Shown: positions 10,358-20,870 of the stretch, in pieces
How the letters are laid out: the number at the start of each line of letters is the position of its first letter
Position numbering within the stretch: the stretch's first letter is position 1
NCBI GenBank assembly: GCA_033762295.1
Contig: JANRLW010000038.1
Location: forward strand, 15,810-79,809
DNA from: Capsulimonadales bacterium
GTDB taxonomy: Bacteria > Armatimonadota > Armatimonadia > Armatimonadales > Armatimonadaceae
DNA: 64,000 nucleotides
Direction of reading: 5' to 3'
Made by a program: the position numbers and the translations under genes
Notes under the pieces: model-generated
Databases searched by the model: none
What the model saw: the letters and a program-made list of their open reading frames with translations, nothing else
What the model was told of the DNA's origin: nothing

Positions 10358-11203
10358 ATGTTTCGTCCCGTTCCCGCGCGTTCCGGATCTTCCCTCCGCG
10401 CCTTCACACTGATCGAGCTGCTCGTCGTGATCGCCATTATCGCGATTCTGGCGGCGATTCTCTTCCCCGTCTTCGCCCAGGCGCGGGAAAAGGCGCGCGC
10501 CATCTCCTGCCTCTCGAACTGCAAACAGATCGGTACCGCCCAGATGATGTATATGCAGGACAACGACGAAAATGTCATGTTCTGGCGGAACGTTCCGGCG
10601 ACGGCATCGCTGGACGCTCAGATCAACGGCAGCTGGGTGAATCAAATCCAGCCCTATGTCAAAAGCGGCGGACAGATTCCCGACCTGGCGACCGCGCAGG
10701 CGAACCCCAATCCGAGGGGAATCATGGCCTGCCCCTCGTTCAGCCTTGCCACGCTTCATAGAGCGGCGGACCGGGCGGACTGTGACGGCGACGGCTCGAC
10801 CGGCAGCGGGTCCACCAACTTTCAGAATCCTTCCGGGATTCTGGCCCACTACGGCATGTCCTTCTCCCTTACCTGCGGGGACGGCTCGACCCAGGGCAAC
10901 TACTACTGTAACTGGCCCGGCAGCGGATGGAACGGCAACACGCCGGCGGTTCTGGCCTATGCCGCCGTGCAACGTCCCGCCGAAACCGCCAATATCGGCG
11001 ATGGCGTGACCCTGATCCGGTCGACCCGGACCCCCCGTTTGAACCCCCAGTTCGGCTGCGAGTCGATGTTCGCCCATCAGGAGGGTTCCAACTTCGTCTT
11101 TCTGGACGGTCATGCCAAATACCTGAAAGGCAATATCGAACGCTACCTGAAGCAGCATTCCGATGGCCGCTGGTATCAGCAGTATCTTACCTACGACCTG
11201 TAG
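10358..11203 (+). CDS. DUF1559 prepilin-type / H-X9-DG protein
   Basis: [36 protein letters not shown]. Confidence 0.92.
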   Translation: MFRPVPARSGSSLRAFTLIELLVVIAIIAILAAILFPVFAQAREKARAISCLSNCKQIGTAQMMYMQDNDENVMFWRNVPATASLDAQINGSWVNQIQPYVKSGGQIPDLATAQANPNPRGIMACPSFSLATLHRAADRADCDGDGSTGSGSTNFQNPSGILAHYGMSFSLTCGDGSTQGNYYCNWPGSGWNGNTPAVLAYAAVQRPAETANIGDGVTLIRSTRTPRLNPQFGCESMFAHQEGSNFVFLDGHAKYLKGNIERYLKQHSDGRWYQQYLTYDL

Positions 11204-11216
11204 ACCGGAGGGGAAA

Positions 11217-11381
11217 ATGATTCCGAATCGAAGGGAGCGCCTTTGGGTCGGCGTGGCCGTGTGCGGATGGCTTCTTTTTTGGATCGTCGGCTGCGCGAAA
11301 GAGGAGCCGCCCAAACCGGAGGGCGGTGGCACCTATTACAACGGTCCGATGCAAAAGGGCGGTCAACGCAGTCCGCAGTAG
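11217..11381 (+). CDS. Small putative lipoprotein (pilin partner)
   Basis: GGAGG SD; hydrophobic signal ending in IVGC. Confidence 0.6.
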   Translation: MIPNRRERLWVGVAVCGWLLFWIVGCAKEEPPKPEGGGTYYNGPMQKGGQRSPQ

Positions 11382-11528
11382 CGGTCGCCGGACGGCTGTT
11401 TTCACCGCGATCCGTCTCCTTCTCGGAAGGAAGGCCGGAATCTTGCATTCCGGCCTTAAACTTTTGGCGGTTCCGTCACGATTTTGGAGTACAATTTCCT
11501 GTGCCGTCGTTTCGGAAGCGGGTGGCGT

Positions 11529-12872
11529 ATGAAGCGAGCCAGTAGAATTACATTTTTCGTCTCGTGTGGCTGTTTACTTTCCGGTATTGCCGGATTGGCT
11601 GCGCCCGCCCTCCGGGATACCCTCAATCAGGCCGTGCCGGCGACGAAAGAGGAACCTATTCCTCCGGCGACCCCTATCTCCGCGCCGGATGCGACCGCCC
11701 CGCGTTTTTCCGTCCGTTTTCTGGAGGAAGGCATTCCTTCCAGCGTTTTCCAGGCCCTGATTTTGAATAACCGGGGCGAGGTTCTCTGCATAACGGAGGA
11801 TCGCGAACCGTTCCCGGAGGCCGATCAGGGCGGGAAACGGATGCGCCCGCTTTATCGAACGGTGGGAACGAAGTACCATGTTTACCGCGAGGGTAAGCTC
11901 ACCACCGTGGCGGAGATGGGACAGATCGTCACCTTCCGACCGCTGGCGTTCAACGATCGCGGACAGATTCTCGGATTTGAGTATGATATCGAGGAGATTC
12001 GCCGGGCGACCCAGGCTCCCCGTCTCGAAAGTGGTCGCTCTCCGTCCGGCTTCCTCAACCCCGGCATGACCCCCGCCGTTCGTAACACCCGACTGACTCT
12101 CTGGGAAAACGGACGATTCCGCCCGCTCAATATCGCCGAAGCGCTGATCGAAGCCGGCATGCCCGCGCGTTACGCCCCTTTCCTCGAGTCGGCGATGATC
12201 GCCATGAACTCGAAAACGCAGATTCTGGTCGGGCTGCAAAACCTGTATCTCTGGGAGAACGGCAAAGCGCGGCGCATCGGCACCGGCGGTGTCTCCACCG
12301 GGGAACGTTTCTTCATTAACGAACGGGGGACGGTCGTCCGCCGCGGAGAGCAGTACCGTCCGTCTCCGGACGGGGCAAGCGTCTACCCGGTGACGGCGAT
12401 CTATTCCTCCGGCAACAGGACCCCGCGCACCCAGGATTTCGGCTTCGGATCGTTTGTCGTCGACCTGAACAGCCGGGACGAGCTGCTGGTCGGTCGCATG
12501 TACCTGCCGACACCGGACACGCCCCGCATGCAGTTCACCCGCTGGCAGGGCAGCCGGCAGGAGACGCTGTTCGCCGTGAACGGCCGAACCCCGGCGCGAA
12601 TGAATCGCCATGGTATCGTGACCGCCTGGCGTCAGAAGGAAAGCGCCGGCGGGTGGTCCTCCCTTTTCGCTACCGGCAACGGTTCTTTCTCCCCCAGCGT
12701 CCCGATCCTCTGGGACGGCCGGAAACTCTATGACCTGCAGACTCTCCTTCCGACCAACCTGGAGGTTACCAGTCTGACCGACATCAACGATCGGAACGAG
12801 ATTCTGGCTCAGGTGCGTGTCGATGGCAAACTTCGAATGGCGTTGCTGGTTCCGGAGAGCCCCCCTCGCTGA
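11529..12872 (+). CDS. Secreted hypothetical protein with HAF-like beta repeats
   Basis: Signal peptide; repeated units LNNRGEV, FNDRGQI, INERGTV, LNSRDEL and INDRNEI. Confidence 0.6.
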   Translation: MKRASRITFFVSCGCLLSGIAGLAAPALRDTLNQAVPATKEEPIPPATPISAPDATAPRFSVRFLEEGIPSSVFQALILNNRGEVLCITEDREPFPEADQGGKRMRPLYRTVGTKYHVYREGKLTTVAEMGQIVTFRPLAFNDRGQILGFEYDIEEIRRATQAPRLESGRSPSGFLNPGMTPAVRNTRLTLWENGRFRPLNIAEALIEAGMPARYAPFLESAMIAMNSKTQILVGLQNLYLWENGKARRIGTGGVSTGERFFINERGTVVRRGEQYRPSPDGASVYPVTAIYSSGNRTPRTQDFGFGSFVVDLNSRDELLVGRMYLPTPDTPRMQFTRWQGSRQETLFAVNGRTPARMNRHGIVTAWRQKESAGGWSSLFATGNGSFSPSVPILWDGRKLYDLQTLLPTNLEVTSLTDINDRNEILAQVRVDGKLRMALLVPESPPR

Positions 12873-13330
12873 GCGGGCGGGCTTCCGGGAAAAGTTTCCG
12901 CCGAATTCCCCCCGGTTCACTCTGTAAAATACCGGTCGTCGTGCCGACAAATAAGATAAGCGACGGCAGGTTTCATTCGCCCTGACCGTCGTTCGATTCC
13001 GATATTTTTACGGGAATTTTCCGGAATGGCAGGCCCGTCGGCAACCGGCGTGGCACGGCAGTTGCAGGAACAGTTCGCCGTATGGTTCGGGAAGTGAATC
13101 AAAACCAGCACATTAGAAAGTTGAATGCCTGACCAGGCAATCGTGACGAGCGTCCTCGACGGGGTTGCTCGTCTTCGTTCCCCGAATCGCATTCCGCGGG
13201 CCCGGAGGCAGGACCGTGGTTCACGGGTGGCTTTCCGCCAATGCGAACGGCAGGGTACCGGCGTTGACGAACGTGACGACCGTGGTTTCGGAAAACGCGA
13301 CCGTCGTGCGGGGTGACGTGGAGGATATCT

Positions 13331-14512
13331 ATGGCTCTTGAACATTTGCCGCTGGAAAAAATTCGTGCCGCGCTGGATCAGCCGCGTAAAACGTTCTATC
13401 AGGAATCTCTGGAAGAACTGGCCGCCTCCATTAAGGAGCGTGGTGTCCTCGAGCCGATCGTCGTTCGACCGCTGAAGGGCACCGAAGCGGGAATGTACGA
13501 AATTATTATGGGTGAACGGCGGTACCGGGCTTCCCGTCTCGCCGGCAAAACCACCATTCCTGCCATCGTCAAAGAGATGTCCGACGAGGAGGCGGCGGCG
13601 GACGCCCTCCTGGAAAACTTCCAGCGAGAGGATCTCAACCCGCTGGAGAAGGCGCGCGCCGTCGAATCGCTGCTCAAGATCATGAGCTACGAGAAGGTGT
13701 GCAAGGTTCTCGGCGTTTCGGAAACCACGGTGCGCCGGTTGATGGAACTGCTGGAACTGTCGCCTCAGGTACAGCAGGAGCTGGTGCAGCGTCCGGGCAA
13801 CCCGGCCAGCAACTTCTCGGAAGGTCATGCTCGCGCCCTGTCCGCCCTCAATGACGACCCGGCCACTCAGGCGCGTCTGATCGCCAAGGTCAAACAGGAA
13901 CGGCTCAGTGTCAATGCTCTCGAGCAGATCATCCTCAACCTTCAGAAGTTTCCCTCCAAAAAAGAGGTATTTCTTCGGGTTTCCCATACGGTCGGTGACC
14001 AGATGGTGCGCTCCCTTACCAATCGCGAGGAACGTAAAAAACCGTACCGCGCGCAGACGGCGAAGGAGCATCTGAAGAGCATCGACAAACAGGCCTGGAC
14101 ACTGACCGATCTGCTGGACGAGCGCATCGTCGAGTACCTGACCCCGGAGGAGATGAACCATCTTCTGGCGATCACGATGCAGGCGACCCGACAGATGGAG
14201 ATCTTCAACCACCGGGTGCGAACCGCCCTGGAAAACCGCACGTTCGGTTTCAAGGAAGTGTACATTCACTGCCCCCTGTGCGGACGTATCGAACTGATCG
14301 GGGCCGTCCGCTGTTCGACCTGCTGGTCGGTGCTTCGCCGTTGTTGCGACTGCGGAAACTTCAATCGGGCAGGCGAGCGTTGCGAACTGTACAACCGTGA
14401 GGTAAAAGCCGAGGACGCGGAAAATCCGAAGGATACCTCTCCCTCTTTCCGATGCCCCGATTATCGGCCGAAATTTACGCCCAAGCTGATGAAGATGAAA
14501 ATGAGCCAGTAA
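13331..14512 (+). CDS. ParB/Spo0J-family protein with Cys-rich C-terminal extension
   Basis: QPRKTF, GVLEPIVVR, GERRYRA, ENFQREDLNPLE and an HTH; 9 Cys in the tail; GGAGG SD. Confidence 0.88.
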   Translation: MALEHLPLEKIRAALDQPRKTFYQESLEELAASIKERGVLEPIVVRPLKGTEAGMYEIIMGERRYRASRLAGKTTIPAIVKEMSDEEAAADALLENFQREDLNPLEKARAVESLLKIMSYEKVCKVLGVSETTVRRLMELLELSPQVQQELVQRPGNPASNFSEGHARALSALNDDPATQARLIAKVKQERLSVNALEQIILNLQKFPSKKEVFLRVSHTVGDQMVRSLTNREERKKPYRAQTAKEHLKSIDKQAWTLTDLLDERIVEYLTPEEMNHLLAITMQATRQMEIFNHRVRTALENRTFGFKEVYIHCPLCGRIELIGAVRCSTCWSVLRRCCDCGNFNRAGERCELYNREVKAEDAENPKDTSPSFRCPDYRPKFTPKLMKMKMSQ

Positions 14513-14581
14513 TGCCCGCCGGCGTTCCGGCAATTCAGGTATGCGTTTCGGGCCGCACGGCACCGTGAACAGGAGCAGCAG

Positions 14582-15538
14582 GTGAACTTCGCGAAGAAAT
14601 TGCGGGAAGTCGTCGCATCGAACTTTATTGAAATCGCCAAGACGGAGGAGAACGATGCGTCTCCCCGGAGGACGCCGGATATCGATCGTGTCTCCCCTCC
14701 GGCGTACATGGACGCGCCGCCGCCCCCGCCGGTCGTCCCGCCGGTCGTTCCCGTAACGTCGGAAAGCGGAACGATCGCTCCGGACAACGACACCGACCAT
14801 CCGGCAAACGAGGTAGCGGCGGAAACCACGACGGTTCCGGAGACGGTCGTTGCCGAACCGGTTCCCGTGTCCGTGGAACCGCCCGTCAGCGCCCCGGCGC
14901 GCCGTAATCTTCTGGCCCTGGTCGCCCCGCACGAGCCGGTGGACCTCGAGAGAATCCTCCAGGAGGCGCGACTGCCCCAGGTCCCCTTCAGCGCGGAGCA
15001 GGCCGCCAAAGTCCTGGCAGCCCTTCCGGCGGACCTTCCGCTTCAGGTCAAGCGCATCACCGTCAAGGCCACCATGGAGGCGGTCGAACGAACCCGCGCC
15101 ATCGAGCCGCAGGAACTGGTCGCCGACGCCATGCTGAAAAAGGCTCACCTCTCCGACTATCGGGAGGAGTTTCACGGGCACGTGGAGGCGCTTCACCAGG
15201 AGACGGACCTGGAAATCGAACGGCTGCAGGCGGAAATCGAGCGGCTGCGACAGTTGAAAGCCTCGTTCGATCGAAAGAAACGGGCGCTGAACCAGGCGGC
15301 GGACGAACGAATCGCACAGATGGAGCAGGTCATCGTCTTCTTCCAGAGCGAGGTCGCCCAGGAACTGGAGCAGGCGAAACCCCTGACCGTGGACGACGAC
15401 GAGGAACTGCCTCCGTTTATGCGCGACGATTCCGTCATGAAAATGCTGGGCATGGAAACCGCCGCGGCCGCCCCGGAAGGCGCGAACAACGAGGAGGAGC
15501 GTCGGCCGCTCGCCAGCGCCGGATCGACCGCCCACTGA
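14582..15538 (+). CDS. Hypothetical protein with Pro-rich linker and coiled coil
   Basis: AGGAG SD before GTG; heptad-rich helical C-terminal half. Confidence 0.7.
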   Translation: MNFAKKLREVVASNFIEIAKTEENDASPRRTPDIDRVSPPAYMDAPPPPPVVPPVVPVTSESGTIAPDNDTDHPANEVAAETTTVPETVVAEPVPVSVEPPVSAPARRNLLALVAPHEPVDLERILQEARLPQVPFSAEQAAKVLAALPADLPLQVKRITVKATMEAVERTRAIEPQELVADAMLKKAHLSDYREEFHGHVEALHQETDLEIERLQAEIERLRQLKASFDRKKRALNQAADERIAQMEQVIVFFQSEVAQELEQAKPLTVDDDEELPPFMRDDSVMKMLGMETAAAAPEGANNEEERRPLASAGSTAH

Positions 15539-15656
15539 TCGACCCCGGAGGTTCCCTTTTCCCGGGTCGACGGACTATCCGTCGTCCCGAAATCAGGAAC
15601 CTCCCCCCCTCCGGATGCGTAGCAAAAGTAGAGCTTGTTTCCGAGGGCGCCTGACT

Positions 15657-16880
15657 ATGTCCATTTTCCGCCGACGCCGCGCTTTTCCCGGCATACTGAC
15701 CGCCATCTTCATCCTTCTTCCGGGGTCACTTCTCCCCGCATCGGTGTTCGCGGGCGACCCTCCGCAGCAGAACGACGCGAAGAAAACCGAAAAAACCGAA
15801 AAGAAGGCCAAACCGCCCGGCGAAGATCCGGAAGTCAAACTCGGTCAGCAGTCGCATGAGGAGATGGTGAAATCGGGCCTCAAACTGATCACCGACCCCG
15901 CGCTGGTCGCCCGTGTCACCGAGATCGGAAAGAAAATCGCCGCGATCGCCAACACGACGAAGACCGAGGCGACGTATGGCTCCTCGGAACTCGTCCCCTA
16001 CGATTACAAATTTTTTATCGTCGACGATCCGGATGTCAACGCCTTTTCGCTTCCCGGTGGCTATATCTATATCAATAAAGGGCTGCTGAACTACGTGCAA
16101 TCCGACGATGAACTGGCGGGCGTCCTCGGTCATGAGATCATTCACGCCGCCCACCATCATGTCGTCCGCCTGCAAAAGGAGCAGAACAAGCTCAACAATG
16201 CCATGTTGATCACCACACTGGCAACCCTTTTCGCCCGGGTTCCGACCGCGGACGCACTGAATGTACTTCAGGGCTTCCAGCTGGTCGCCCTGCAAAAAGT
16301 GAACGGATTCGGTCAGAATGCGGAACGGGATGCCGACCGCGCCGGGCTGATCGTGATGCATAAGGCCGGGTATAACCCGGTCGGGATGCTGACGTTCATG
16401 GAACGGCTGAGCCGGGACCAGAGACTGCGACCGGATATCGAACTCGGTATTTTCCGCACACACCCGCCGGAAAACGAACGGGCGGACGCTCTGACCGCTC
16501 AGATCAAGGAGCAAAACCTGCCGATCAACCGGCGGGCCGTCACCAAAATGCTCAGGGTGGAGGTTCGAACGGTCGCCCTCAATAAGGATGTTCAGGCAAC
16601 CGAAGTGCTCCTCGACAAGCAGATCGTTTACCGCACTCCGTCCGAAGCACGGGCCAGGGAGGCGGCGGATCGTCTCAACCGACTCCTCGACCATAACATC
16701 CAGTTGTTCGACGTCACGCGCAAGGGCGTTTCCGTTCTGGTGCGCGGCGAAGCCATCTTCACGGTCGGCGCGGCGGACACCGATCTCCCCGGCAGTCCGT
16801 CCGCCGAAAAACTGGCGGAAACCGGCTACAAAAACCTTCGGCTCGCGCTCTACCGCCAGTCGGTCGAAACCAGCTTCTGA
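15657..16880 (+). CDS. M48 family metallopeptidase, exported
   Basis: NAFSLPGG, DELAGVLGHEIIH, ERDAD and THP motifs; signal peptide. Confidence 0.9.
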   Translation: MSIFRRRRAFPGILTAIFILLPGSLLPASVFAGDPPQQNDAKKTEKTEKKAKPPGEDPEVKLGQQSHEEMVKSGLKLITDPALVARVTEIGKKIAAIANTTKTEATYGSSELVPYDYKFFIVDDPDVNAFSLPGGYIYINKGLLNYVQSDDELAGVLGHEIIHAAHHHVVRLQKEQNKLNNAMLITTLATLFARVPTADALNVLQGFQLVALQKVNGFGQNAERDADRAGLIVMHKAGYNPVGMLTFMERLSRDQRLRPDIELGIFRTHPPENERADALTAQIKEQNLPINRRAVTKMLRVEVRTVALNKDVQATEVLLDKQIVYRTPSEARAREAADRLNRLLDHNIQLFDVTRKGVSVLVRGEAIFTVGAADTDLPGSPSAEKLAETGYKNLRLALYRQSVETSF

Positions 16881-16887
16881 GGAATTC

Positions 16888-17802
16888 ATGACCGGCCAGT
16901 CGCCGTTCGTTCGTGTGGCCGTGTTCGCCATGCGAACACGTTTTGAAATTCTTCTGTGCGGCGAGGACCGCGAAAGCGACCTTCGCGCGGCGGGCGAGGA
17001 AGCCCTGGAGGAGATCGTCCGTATCGAATCGATGCTGACGGTTCACCGTCCGGACGGCATGCTTCACCGCCTGAACGCGGCCGCCGGCCAGGGTCCCGTG
17101 AGGATCGATTTCCCTCTGCAAACCTTTCTCCGTCGGGCCCTCGATCTGTCGCTGGCGACCGACGGAGCGTTCGATCCGACCGTCGGTCCGCTGATCGATC
17201 TCTGGCGAGGCGCAGGCGAAACCGGAGCGTTTCCCTCCCCTGAAGAGATCGCGGATTGCCGGGCGACCGTGGGTTCGGATAAGGTCCGGCTCAATGACAC
17301 CGAGGGCACTCTCGCTCTGCCGGTGCAGGGAGCGCGATTCGACCCGGGAGCCATCGGTAAAGGCTACGCACTCGACCGTGCCGCCTCGTTACTGCGAGAG
17401 ACGGGAGTCCGCTGCGCTTTGCTCCATGGCGGCACTTCCTCGGTGGTTGCGATCGGCGCGCCGCCCGGTTCGCCGGACGGGTGGCCGATCGCGGTCGGAA
17501 ATCCGCCCTCCGATTCCGACGCGGTTTATCTGACCGACCGGGCGCTGGGCGTGTCGGGAGTCCACGGGCGGACGTTTCAGGCGGGGCGACGGTCGTTCGG
17601 TCATGTGATCGATCCGCGCTCCGGATATCCGGTCGACCGCTCCGGGCTGGCCGCCTGCCTCCATCCTTCGGCCACGGTGGCGGACGCTCTCTCCACCGCC
17701 CTCCTGGTGGTCGGTGAAGAGGGTCTGCCCGCGCTTTCCGCCCGGTTTCCCGAAGCCCGCTGGATCCTCAAAGCAAGCAAAGCCACGCCCGGGTCGGACT
17801 GA
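16888..17802 (+). CDS. apbE: FAD:protein FMN transferase
   Basis: TDGAFDPTVGPL, GAIGKGYALD, HVIDPRSG and ADALSTA motifs. Confidence 0.88.
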   Translation: MTGQSPFVRVAVFAMRTRFEILLCGEDRESDLRAAGEEALEEIVRIESMLTVHRPDGMLHRLNAAAGQGPVRIDFPLQTFLRRALDLSLATDGAFDPTVGPLIDLWRGAGETGAFPSPEEIADCRATVGSDKVRLNDTEGTLALPVQGARFDPGAIGKGYALDRAASLLRETGVRCALLHGGTSSVVAIGAPPGSPDGWPIAVGNPPSDSDAVYLTDRALGVSGVHGRTFQAGRRSFGHVIDPRSGYPVDRSGLAACLHPSATVADALSTALLVVGEEGLPALSARFPEARWILKASKATPGSD

Positions 17803-17806
17803 ACGC

Positions 17807-20861
<3,055 letters not shown>

Positions 20862-20870
20862 ACGGCGTTT

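Noticed and set aside
7509..11203. Diversity-generating retroelement or shufflon acting on the pilins
   Set aside because: No reverse transcriptase, recombinase or template/variable repeat pair visible
13331..14512. ParB as a marker of a plasmid, prophage or origin
   Set aside because: No parA, rep, integrase, dnaA or canonical parS seen; the flanks are chromosomal
12917..15535. 872-aa minus-strand ORF, and similar long antisense ORFs (e.g. 39831-41564, 48667-50979)
   Set aside because: Shadows of well-supported genes on the opposite strand in high-GC DNA; no motifs
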